NCBI GenBank assembly: GCA_965243325.1
Contig: CBDEUQ010000003.1
Location: 1,059,219 to 1,123,218, forward strand
Source of the DNA: Alphaproteobacteria bacterium
Lineage (GTDB): Bacteria > Pseudomonadota > Alphaproteobacteria > UBA7887
DNA length: 64,000 bases
Direction: 5' to 3'
Shown: in pieces, positions 55,750 to 64,000 of the stretch
Position numbering within the stretch: position 1 is the stretch's first letter
Layout: each line of letters opens with the position of its first letter
The notes under the pieces: model-generated
The model's input: the letters and a program-made list of their open reading frames with translations, nothing else
Told to the model about the DNA's origin: nothing
Databases searched by the model: none
Position numbers and translations under genes: made by a program

Positions 55750-56451
55750 ATGCCACTGACTTTTATCCGAGAGCAGCTTAAAACTATGAAGGAGATTGTA
55801 GAAATTCTTGCCTCTCTCCTGTCATTGGTGAAGAATCGACCAAGTCTGTTTGTAATTGCACTCACTATTTATTTGTTATATTTAGGAATAGGCTGGTGGG
55901 CATATAAACACCCGGGACACGTAGTTTCAGGCTTTACGGAAGCTGTTAGCAAAGGGAACCATGAAGTAGCATGGAGCTTTTTGACCAAGAATTACCGAGA
56001 AAGGCGCTTTGAGAATTTAGAAAAATTCAAGCGATTATACTCAATAAAATTCTCCACAAAAGGATTATCTACAGAAATTTACAATCACGAAAGATCACGA
56101 CTAATGGCCATTTTCGATAATACGAAGAAATATACAATCAAATACGAAGCGACGGAAAGGTTTACAAGGAAAGACTTGCAGAATCCCGAGCAGAAAATCA
56201 ATGCACTCTGGTTACAAATTCATCACACACGCGACTTTCCAGCACTGATGGACGGGACACTTCAAGGCCAAGATCTTGGCTCTAACCCATCACTGGCGAT
56301 CCGTCGGCGCTTCGAACAGGTGTTTGAAATAACTCGGCAACGAAGGCAGGGTTATTTTGAGGGGTTTCTTGACTTGTTTGTTTCCCAATGGGAGATTTCA
56401 TCGATTAATATTGTCGAACAATGCCTGCTTCCTCTTCAAGACAAGAAGTAG
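55750..56451 (+). CDS. Low-GC membrane-anchored hypothetical protein (start 55750 or 55786)
   Basis: Long ORF in AT-rich segment with one TM segment (LFVIALTIYLLYLGIGWWAY). Confidence 0.75.
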   Translation: MPLTFIREQLKTMKEIVEILASLLSLVKNRPSLFVIALTIYLLYLGIGWWAYKHPGHVVSGFTEAVSKGNHEVAWSFLTKNYRERRFENLEKFKRLYSIKFSTKGLSTEIYNHERSRLMAIFDNTKKYTIKYEATERFTRKDLQNPEQKINALWLQIHHTRDFPALMDGTLQGQDLGSNPSLAIRRRFEQVFEITRQRRQGYFEGFLDLFVSQWEISSINIVEQCLLPLQDKK

Positions 56452-56556
56452 TTGGATTTTACCAAGTGAGAAGGGCCATCAGGCGCTTCTGCCTTAGGAC
56501 CCTCGAAACCAATGCCGCAAACGTTCCGCAACGATGCGAACTTCGCGAACAGGACA

Positions 56557-58026
56557 CTAGCGGGTCGCGCCGAACGCTGCGGTAAGGTCCGAACGCTCGA
56601 CCGATCCAACGACGCCCTGATGCTTTGTACCGACAAAGTGGCCGTTCACGGCCCCGGCATCGCCGCCCGTGCTGCGCAGGTAGTTGCCGGCAACCGTGAT
56701 TGCGTAGTGCAGATCGCCGTCGCCCCATCTCGCGTCAGCCCCGTTTTCGGCTGGAGGCACGCCGACCCACCATGACCGGAGATCGGTGAACCCGGCTTCG
56801 CCGTTCATGGAGGCAAGGTTGACGCTGATTTCTGCATTACCCCGAACGGACCGGAGAGACGGGGTGAAGCCCAGCAGGTCTCCGTACCATGTCACGGTGC
56901 CGGCCAGGTCTCGATTGGTGGCAAGAACGTTGTCGGTCACGGTGCCGGGATGTCCGCTTCCGAGCCCGCCGCTTATGGCCCAAGGCACGGTCACGCCGTT
57001 GCGTTGCGTGACGCCGAACTCAATCCAAATCGACTCTCCGAATACAGGAGATGGTGTTTCCAGCCATCCGACCAGCGAATGACCGTCGGTTTCCCACACT
57101 CCCAGGCTGGCCATAGACAGGTCGCCAAGCTCCGTCGATGCGTCCAACCTCGTGTAAAGCGCTTGAAGTGCAGCTATGTCCAGCGGCGGCAGGAAGGGCC
57201 CATCGCAACAGCTTGTAAATCCCGGCGGCGGATCACGGAGGACCGAAAAATTGTAGTTCAGAACGGATTCCGGGGTTTCGGACCGGCCGTCGCCGACATG
57301 GCCGCCAAATCCGACGGCGTGCATGAGTTCATGAACGAGAGTCGAGATGTAGTAGATTCCCAGTTGCCAGTCTGACTGGGGTGGGATGGTGGAACGGCTG
57401 ATTTGCACGCGCGCGGAACCCAAGCCATGACCATCAGCGTCAGGCGCTACGTAAGCTGCTCCACTCGCCTCGAATTGCCCGATTGCCGGATCGAAATACT
57501 CAACAACGATTTGACCGTCTGGGATATTGGACAATTCTCCGTCGCGAGGCGCATCCGGTCCGATGATCAAGTGCTTGTCGTAGGGCAGAGCGCGGTTCAG
57601 TAGCGCGACCGCGTGGTGAACGTACGCCCGTTCGTGGTCGCTCGCGCCAGAGGTGATCCGGACGGTGGGCGGCGACGCAAACCGTGCAAGACGTCGTTCG
57701 CCGGAATAGTCACCGAATGCCCCATACCACGGCCCGCCGCTCGCATGGACGCGGAGAATGTCGAATGTCTCGCTGGCGGTAGAGCCGCCCGCGTCCCTCC
57801 GCAATCCGACGGGAACGCGCTTCGCCGACTGTTCAGTTGTTGCACCGCCGACACTCCCGTTTCCGCCCGTGTAAGCGACGGGCTGGTTGTAGGCCGGTGC
57901 AACCATCGATGCGGGCTTGTAGTCGGTCCGGTCGCCGTTGGCATCGACGATAACCGCGGGGGCACATGCCCCCAGCATCATGCTGCCAGCCACGGCGCCG
58001 ATCACGCTCTTGATCAAGTGGTTCAT
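56557..58026 (-). CDS. Lipoprotein with HExxH zincin domain and C-terminal transferrin-binding-like barrel
   Basis: Lipobox LGAC; HELMHAVGFGGH; C-terminal GHFVGTKHQGVVGSVERSDLTAAFGATR. Confidence 0.8.
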   Translation of the reverse strand: MNHLIKSVIGAVAGSMMLGACAPAVIVDANGDRTDYKPASMVAPAYNQPVAYTGGNGSVGGATTEQSAKRVPVGLRRDAGGSTASETFDILRVHASGGPWYGAFGDYSGERRLARFASPPTVRITSGASDHERAYVHHAVALLNRALPYDKHLIIGPDAPRDGELSNIPDGQIVVEYFDPAIGQFEASGAAYVAPDADGHGLGSARVQISRSTIPPQSDWQLGIYYISTLVHELMHAVGFGGHVGDGRSETPESVLNYNFSVLRDPPPGFTSCCDGPFLPPLDIAALQALYTRLDASTELGDLSMASLGVWETDGHSLVGWLETPSPVFGESIWIEFGVTQRNGVTVPWAISGGLGSGHPGTVTDNVLATNRDLAGTVTWYGDLLGFTPSLRSVRGNAEISVNLASMNGEAGFTDLRSWWVGVPPAENGADARWGDGDLHYAITVAGNYLRSTGGDAGAVNGHFVGTKHQGVVGSVERSDLTAAFGATR

Positions 58027-58156
58027 GCGTCAAGGGCCTCCCTTCCCGATCCGCATTGCCTGCCGCGGCATTGAAGCGGACCGGTGCCCTACCCGCAAGG
58101 ACCCCGCTCTACCCCTCCTCGGGCGTCATGTAGGTGCCGGATTTCACCAATGTAGC

Positions 58157-58615
58157 GTGCGCTGTGGAAAGGCGTCCTTCCCCAGCGGGTGCGAATCCCG
58201 CCCGGCAACTTTCGCTCCCGCCGGTAGCTATCGGAGCGGATTATGGAGGTAACGACATAGTCCGAAGCACTCTGACAGACGGACCGCGCGAGGCGGTTCA
58301 GCGACCATGCGGGCCGCAACGCGAGTGAACGCTGAGCAGGCCTCGAAACGTGAAGACGCGGAAGCCGACCCGATCGCTACTTCGGGGAAGGCTGCCACCG
58401 ACCGGGAAGCGAGCGAAACGAGCACCGGCCGGTTCCGCCGGGGTAGTGGCGGCGGCACGCATGGAAGAGGGGAAGGGTGGCAACACGGGAAGCCCTGTCG
58501 GTGGCGTGCACGCGCCAACCGGACCCCCGCGAGGGGCAGGCCGGGCCGGCAGGGTGGCGGACAGGCCCGTACGACCGAAGACGCCGGGTAATGCCGGTCG
58601 AGGAAAGGGGCCTAC
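58157..58615 (+). ncRNA. Group II intron 5' fragment (domains I-III; no RT ORF or DV/DVI seen)
   Basis: GTGCG start; GGGTGCGAATCCC, GGAAGCCGACCC, GGCAACACGGGAAGCCC, GGGTAATGCCGGTCGAGGAAAGGGG typical intron motifs. Confidence 0.75.
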
Positions 58616-58716
58616 GGACGAGATTGAGGCACCGGTATCGCGCGAAAGCCGCCGGACAACCGCTACTCCCTCAACCTAAGGCAGGGGAATTATAGCGAAT
58701 AGTCACAATCCTGCCG

Positions 58717-58902
58717 TCATTCGACAGGTCGCCGCTTGACGTTGAATGGTCGGAAGAACGCACGCCGGATCGTTTCAGTGCTCGCGCCCGGCATGTCGTG
58801 TTCCCGCTCCTGTTCGGCCTTCGGCGGCTGGTAGCTCTGATCGGGAATGGTAATCGTCCGGCGCTTCGGTAGAGCCTTTTGGGATATCGTCTTAGCGCCC
58901 AT
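58717..58902 (-). CDS. Small hypothetical protein
   Basis: YQPPKAEQEREHDMPG..IRRAFFRPF; resembles short ORFs I associate with IS1595-type elements. Confidence 0.45.
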   Translation of the reverse strand: MGAKTISQKALPKRRTITIPDQSYQPPKAEQEREHDMPGASTETIRRAFFRPFNVKRRPVE

Positions 58903-59193
58903 CTTTCGCTCCTCTTCGCAAGCTGACTTGAGCCCCTGACAGTATACCAGAGCCGTTTTCACGACCAAAGCCTTAAACCACCGGAGGAATGTGCGTTGTG
59001 GCGTTTTTCGACAGCGTGACGCTGATCTTTAGCGGCCGGATATCGACTGCCTGATCCCCGCCGGGCGAGCAGAATGCAGCGATTAGACGCGAGATCGGAA
59101 CTCTACGGGAACATCACGACACGGATGGCCACGGCTTGTCCTCGGCCGGGAAGCGGCTGGGTTGAGCGGCGATGTCGGAGGTCAGGCAAGCGC

Positions 59194-60684
59194 TCAGCCG
59201 GTGTCGATATACGCCACCGCACCGACCAGCGAGCGCATCCGCTCCGCGTGGCCGGCCCGCACCTGCCCAAGGGCCAGCGCCATCATCACCGCCAGAGCCA
59301 GCCCGACACGGGTCTTCATCTTGGCGAGCCCGCGGATGTAGTGGGTCTCGAAGTTGAAGCTGTTGTCGAGGCGGCTATTGATCCGTTCTATCGCAGAGCG
59401 CCGGTTGTAGCCGCGCCGCCAGGACGGGCTGCCCCACGGTGTAGGGGTGAAGATGCGCCGGTCATGCTTGTGGAGATCGATGCGCACGATGCGGCCGTAC
59501 TCGCCGGGCTCCACTCCGCCCGCCCGGTGGCACGCCTTGCTGCCGACGCAGTCGAAGCCGAAGGCCGCCGCGGGGCAGCGGTATTTCAGCGTGCCGCAGA
59601 GGCCGCGGTCGGCCTCGAAGCCCTGGAAGGCCATGGCGCGAACCTCGCCGGTCTGGGGGCAGGCGCAGGACACCCGGCCGCGCTCGTCGTGAACCATGAC
59701 GTCGGCGCGGTTGGGGAACAGCGCCCGCGTGATCGTCTTCTTCGGGTCGTAGTCCGGCTCCTCCTTCTCGGCCTTCCACATCAAGCGCGTGTCGATCAGC
59801 GGCCGGATGGCCCACTTATCCCAGAGCTCCTTCTTCTGGGGAGCGTTGTCGAGACTGCGGTCGGCACTGAAGTCGTCGCAGCGCTCGACCATCTCCGGCA
59901 CCTTTGCGAACAGATTCTCCAGCATCTTGGGGAGCACCTTGATCTCCGAGTCCGACGCGCGCGTCACCTCGAACGCCACCGGGACCTCGTAGTGGGTGTC
60001 GGCGATCAGGTGGAGGCCGAAGCCGAACCATGACTTCACCTTCTTCCAGATCTTGCCGGTCTTGCTGTGCACCCCGCTCGTCTCGTGCTTGCCCCAGTCG
60101 GCGTCGGGGTCGGAGGTCTCCCCCTTGTTCTCGGCAACCCGGCCCGTCGAGTGGCTCTTGATCGCCTTGCCGTCGTAGCCGAGATGGAGGCCGAGGTCGG
60201 GCAACTCTTCGATAAGCGACGCGCGCAGGCTCTCGACCATTGCGGATACCAGTCCCCGCTGCTTCTCAAGCCGCACCACGCACTTCAGGAACCGCGAGAA
60301 GTTCCAGTGGCTGGGCACCGTTGAGCGTACCTGGGCCGGATGCATCACCGCGCTCGTTCCCTCGCTGCCCTCCCGCAGCTCCGTCACGGGCGCGCTCTGG
60401 TAAGGCAGCGGGTCGAAGCCGCAGAGTTCCAGGAGCGCCGGGTTGCGGCCCATCTCCCGCAGCAGCGACTGGATCGAGGCGTGCTGGAACACGACGCCTG
60501 CGATCAGCGCGCGCCACATCGCTCGCACCGGATAATCGTTGCGTCCGCGGCCCCGCCCGGCGTCAAGCGCAGCCACGATCTCTTCGTCGGGAAGGGTGTC
60601 GAGCACCAGCCGCAGGCGCTCAAGGTCCGGCAGGCTTTCGACAGCCCGCCAGGAAAAGGGTAGCTTCTCCGTTGTCGCCATCAT
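59194..60684 (-). CDS. DDE transposase (IS1182/IS5-like)
   Basis: GRNDYPVRAMWRAL, GYDGKAI, WFGFGLHLIAD, FSADRSLD, YNRRSAIERINSRL. Confidence 0.9.
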   Translation of the reverse strand: MMATTEKLPFSWRAVESLPDLERLRLVLDTLPDEEIVAALDAGRGRGRNDYPVRAMWRALIAGVVFQHASIQSLLREMGRNPALLELCGFDPLPYQSAPVTELREGSEGTSAVMHPAQVRSTVPSHWNFSRFLKCVVRLEKQRGLVSAMVESLRASLIEELPDLGLHLGYDGKAIKSHSTGRVAENKGETSDPDADWGKHETSGVHSKTGKIWKKVKSWFGFGLHLIADTHYEVPVAFEVTRASDSEIKVLPKMLENLFAKVPEMVERCDDFSADRSLDNAPQKKELWDKWAIRPLIDTRLMWKAEKEEPDYDPKKTITRALFPNRADVMVHDERGRVSCACPQTGEVRAMAFQGFEADRGLCGTLKYRCPAAAFGFDCVGSKACHRAGGVEPGEYGRIVRIDLHKHDRRIFTPTPWGSPSWRRGYNRRSAIERINSRLDNSFNFETHYIRGLAKMKTRVGLALAVMMALALGQVRAGHAERMRSLVGAVAYIDTG

Positions 60685-60825
60685 ATTCTCCCAACCGCGA
60701 TGTGGTGGAACGGGGGCCGCAGTCCCGATGGCGACACCTTTTATCCGATTCGGGCGCGACTGCGGTGTGATAAGAGAAGCCGTTCAGCCGCCGGGTGACG
60801 GCGGTGCAGAAGTTGGAGGATAAAC

Positions 60826-61443
60826 ATGCCAGAAGCCATTCATCCTGACATTCAGAGTGCGATGCATGCCATCGAACTCTCGACGGTCCAGAACACAATC
60901 CATCGTCTTGGCGGGTACGGCTTGGGAGTAGGCGTACCGTACATGCGGAACAAAGACGGGGCGATCACTCCCATTCCCAAAGAAATGATTATCTTCGAAG
61001 ACGAACTGCAACTTAGCTACCTTCAATCAGAAGATCCGGCCGCTCAAGGTGGACCAGTAGGTTGGCGGTGGGATGTATCGAGTGGTAAGCCAAAGCTCAA
61101 TAGCGGCTGCGGTCATTGGAAATGCGGAGTCAAAACCCATTGTGGCCCTGTGCCGACGCAAATTCAGCGTGCGAAGAATTCCATTGAACTGCCCGAGGTT
61201 CAGAAAATTCTTGGGATTCTTGACAAGTACGGACTTGGGATAATCTTGCCGCACATGCACGATGAAGATGGCTTCATGATTCCGCTTCCAAAGGGAGTAA
61301 TCGGTTTTGAAGATAGCTTGCAGGTCGCATTCCGATCCGCAGATGATCCAGAAGTTCTTGCCGGAGAAGCTGTGGGATGGCGATGGGATCCAGATAGTGG
61401 ACGAACTTCTGCTGTAGCGTCCACCCGATTGTCGCAGGCATAG
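60826..61443 (+). CDS. Hypothetical protein built from two homologous ~100-aa domains
   Basis: RBS GGAGG; IELSTVQ..YGLGVGVPYM..FEDELQL..VGWRWD repeated as IELPEVQ..YGLGIILPHMHD..FEDSLQV..VGWRWD. Confidence 0.8.
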   Translation: MPEAIHPDIQSAMHAIELSTVQNTIHRLGGYGLGVGVPYMRNKDGAITPIPKEMIIFEDELQLSYLQSEDPAAQGGPVGWRWDVSSGKPKLNSGCGHWKCGVKTHCGPVPTQIQRAKNSIELPEVQKILGILDKYGLGIILPHMHDEDGFMIPLPKGVIGFEDSLQVAFRSADDPEVLAGEAVGWRWDPDSGRTSAVASTRLSQA

Positions 61444-61810
61444 ACGTGACGTCGTGACCAGTGTTATCTCTTGGTTTCCGTTACGCCTGAAGTGAGGTCC
61501 TGCATGATGGCATGATCGGATAATCACCGTGGCGGTGAAAGAATGGGTTGCATTGTCGCGCACAATTCTGCTTACATCTCGCGCGATGCGCAGTAACTCA
61601 ATGTCCGCAGCTCTGTGTGCCGCAATCACCCAGTAGCCGAACGGTTCCGAAGCACCGCCGAGCGTGGGGTGAAAATAGCCGGATCATCCTCTTCGCCAAA
61701 CCGAAGTCCGCAGAAATTCGCGACTCCGCTGGGGTGAGAAAAAAATCTCGGATCGGCTGGAGCCCCTGCTCAGCAAGGGATTCCCGACAGCGCACACGCC
61801 TCCACCGCGT

Positions 61811-62173
61811 CTACTGCTGTTCTATAAGGTCTCTTATGTCCGCTTTGATCTCCTCCAGGTGACTCTTCAATATTGCTGCTATGGTATGTGTTGCCCAGGC
61901 ACTCTTTTGCATAGTGTACCCTATGGAGTTGAGTTGCGAAGGGCTTCTGCACCAATGGACATCTCGTTTAAAATCTTCGCCCTTGAGCTTTTTGATTTGC
62001 CTTTTGATCTGTTCCACATCTTCTAATGCTGCCCCGACGATGTTATGTGCTTCCCATATACTTCTTTGCGCGGTGTACCCTAAGGAAGCTTTGGCGCAGA
62101 GAGGGGGATCAGCGAAAGCCCCCGTTACAGAAACCGCCATAAGAACTATCGATAAGACGAACAAGTATTTCAT
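61811..62173 (-). CDS. Secreted helical protein with internal repeat
   Basis: Signal peptide; SLGYTAQRSIWEAH.. and SIGYTMQKSAWATH.. Confidence 0.7.
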   Translation of the reverse strand: MKYLFVLSIVLMAVSVTGAFADPPLCAKASLGYTAQRSIWEAHNIVGAALEDVEQIKRQIKKLKGEDFKRDVHWCRSPSQLNSIGYTMQKSAWATHTIAAILKSHLEEIKADIRDLIEQQ

Positions 62174-62232
62174 GAATTTTTCCTTCGCTAGTTTACTTGC
62201 CCGCAGCGTTTTCCTTGAGAGAATACATGCTC

Positions 62233-62415
62233 TCAATACGCCGGCGGTATGAACTTCACGCCGGCGACGATCAACGCGGCGATCCCGACGAGTCGCGACG
62301 TCAACCGCGCTTCGAGCTCGGCGGCCCGCCGGTCAACGTAGTCTTCCGTCGCCAGCCGGGCGGGCGGCGGCGTCGGCTGGCCCGTCGCTTCAGTCGCTAC
62401 AGCTGAGTCCGCCAT
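62233..62415 (-). CDS. Small coiled-coil protein with C-terminal membrane anchor
   Basis: RBS GGAAGG; LATEDYVDRRAAELEARL then hydrophobic tail. Confidence 0.55.
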   Translation of the reverse strand: MADSAVATEATGQPTPPPARLATEDYVDRRAAELEARLTSRLVGIAALIVAGVKFIPPAY

Positions 62416-62520
62416 GCCTCGCCCTTCCGTTCGGTGCGGTATCGGACGTCGGCGAGGTCAAAGTGCCCGTCGCGCCCGGGCGAGGAGCCTGGGCGCGCCC
62501 CGCCTCCGCCCGTGAATCAG

Positions 62521-62709
62521 TCACGCATAGCAGCGAACTACAGTCCACGTTCCGTCGGCGTTTCGTTCGTAATGGCAGCCGCCGACCCAAAGGCCAGCCG
62601 CGATTCCTGCGGGCGGTTCTTTGCCCTTCAAGCCGGATATCTGGTCGAGGACCTTCCCCGCTTCAGGCGTAAGTTGTTCGCGCGCTTCTACGGTGAGTTG
62701 TTCTGCCAT
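62521..62709 (-). CDS. Small hypothetical protein
   Basis: RBS GGAGAGG; 62 aa ending GCHYERNADGTWTVVRCYA. Confidence 0.5.
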   Translation of the reverse strand: MAEQLTVEAREQLTPEAGKVLDQISGLKGKEPPAGIAAGLWVGGCHYERNADGTWTVVRCYA

Positions 62710-62744
62710 CGTCCTCTCCCTTGTCGTCAAGGCGCCGAGCGTTG

Positions 62745-62912
62745 TCAGCTATGGCCCGATGGGACCTCGCGCTTGGTGAAGCCATCGAGCAGACCTTCGA
62801 GACGCGCCATTCGCTCGCGGAGGTCGGCGATTTCACGGTGAAAATCGCGTTGCATGTTCCACAGAAAGGCTAGGACGGCGACGAAACCGCCGACCGTGAT
62901 CCACGTCTCCAT
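62745..62912 (-). CDS. Small TM + coiled-coil protein
   Basis: WITVGGFVAVLAFLW then REIADLRERMARLEG. Confidence 0.55.
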   Translation of the reverse strand: METWITVGGFVAVLAFLWNMQRDFHREIADLRERMARLEGLLDGFTKREVPSGHS

Positions 62913-63181
62913 CGCCGTCTCCCGCTCCAACAAGCGCGAGCAGTATACACGCGGGATTTTCGCGTCAAAACCCTTTGACCTGCCGCCGAATGGGCGTCAG
63001 GCTTTCTCTCGCAACCTTTGCTGGACCCGCTTGGTCGGGTCGCCCGTCGAATAGAACAGCCGCATCCCGGCACGGGGTAGCTCCCCACGCCATGGCGAAT
63101 AGGCGGGGCTCTCACGATTCCAGTGAAGGTTGCAACGGCCCGGCACCCGCCGGGCCCGAGGGCAACGGGAGGGATCGCGGG

Positions 63182-64000
63182 ATGATCGACAGACAAGCGA
63201 TTTTGGCGGCCGCCCTGGCGGCTTCCTCGTTGATCGGCTGCGCCGGCGAAGGTGATCGCGGCATGGCCTTCGTCCAGGACGGCGCACAAGCGGGGGAGGG
63301 CACGTCTGCGGTTGTTTCGAGTGGACAGGGTTCGTCGACCGCGCCCGACGATCTTCTGCCGCTGCTCCGAACCGGCGGCGGAGACTTCCAGATCGTCGGC
63401 CTGGCTGCGCCGCGTGCCGAAGATGCCGAACACATGCCGATCTACCACGACGGCAAGCACCTATTCGTCGGCGTCGACCAGGGCACCGCGCAAATCGGGT
63501 TCCTGAGGCAGCGGTATCGGGAGGACGGCATCTAGTGGCTCTACGGCGGCCTCTTTGACGGCGTTGGCGGCGAGACCGTGGGCGCGTACCTGAGCGAGGC
63601 GGTGCGCACGCAGGTGCCATGGCGGACGCCGCCGACGGTGCGCGTAATCGGACACGCCAGCGCCGAGGATGTCGCGCGAACGATACGGGCCGTTCAACTC
63701 GTCAACGCCGCGCTGCCAGAGGGAGCAAAGCTCGAGGTCGGCGCGCCGTTGCCAAGCGTGAGCTTGAGCGCGAACGTCAGTGTGAGCACCTACAGCGCCT
63801 CCGGCCAGGAACTGGCGAACACCATTCACGTCGAGTGGATCCCAGAGGCCGTCTACTCAGCCATCCGTGGCCCGACGAAGAAGTACAAGGCGGCTTTCGG
63901 CGTCACTCTCGGGAACGGCAAGGGCTATATCGGCTTCAACAGGGGGGCGAACTCCTACCCGCGGGACAACGAGGCGACCATTCTGCTGGCGCACGAGCTG
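63182..64000 (+). pseudogene. Second HExxH-type lipoprotein, interrupted by in-frame TAG (runs off window end)
   Basis: Lipobox LIGC; TAG at 63533-63535; same frame continues PPTVRVIG..LVNAALP..LAHEL, paralogous to 56557..58026. Confidence 0.75.

Larger units (their letters stand above)
54512..56560 (+). mobile_element. IS630-family element with passenger gene
   Basis: 25-bp imperfect IRs AGTGTTCCGTTCTAGAAGTTCGTAT (54512) and ATGCGAACTTCGCGAACAGGACACT (56534); CTAG at right end. Confidence 0.8.

Noticed and set aside
58027-58156. Shared leader motif between the two HExxH lipoprotein genes
   Set aside because: Similarity to 63060-63181 is limited to short GC-rich words
13217-63535. Amber recoding or pyrrolysine suggested by two in-frame TAGs (13217, 63533)
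   Set aside because: Many intact genes here end in TAG (e.g. 1637, 10496, 19501, 26899) and no pyl genes are present; simple nonsense mutations suffice

Overview
High-GC bacterial chromosomal window (gene content suggests a proteobacterium, possibly marine/host-associated; inference only). 0-28.4 kb is mostly metabolic: LysR regulator, A24 prepilin peptidase, Fic protein, a DUF1302/DUF1329/YCF48/RND-MMPL uptake operon, a Phd-VapC pair with a nonsense-inactivated toxin, an ABC-ATPase + DUF4276 cassette between ~145-bp direct repeats, and two PQQ dehydrogenase + cytochrome c modules carrying the lanthanide-type extra Asp, peppered with three apparently identical IS256 copies. 28.4-42 kb is mobile-element-like: a truncated protease-capsid fusion, three tandem RHH genes, a Zn/PD-(D/E)xK nuclease-like gene, an aromatic amino acid decarboxylase, a 1819-aa MOBF relaxase-helicase with C-terminal repeats, and HU. 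42-54.5 kb is a complete type I-E CRISPR-Cas locus (57 repeats, 56 spacers). The best hidden signal is a degenerate one-spacer mini-array in the cas3-cse1 intergenic region whose 32-nt spacer matches the cse1 operon promoter next to an AAC PAM, a predicted RNA-guided Cascade autorepression loop. 54.5-64 kb holds a cargo-carrying IS630, a group II intron fragment, a DDE transposase, two HExxH lipoproteins and small low-GC orphan genes.
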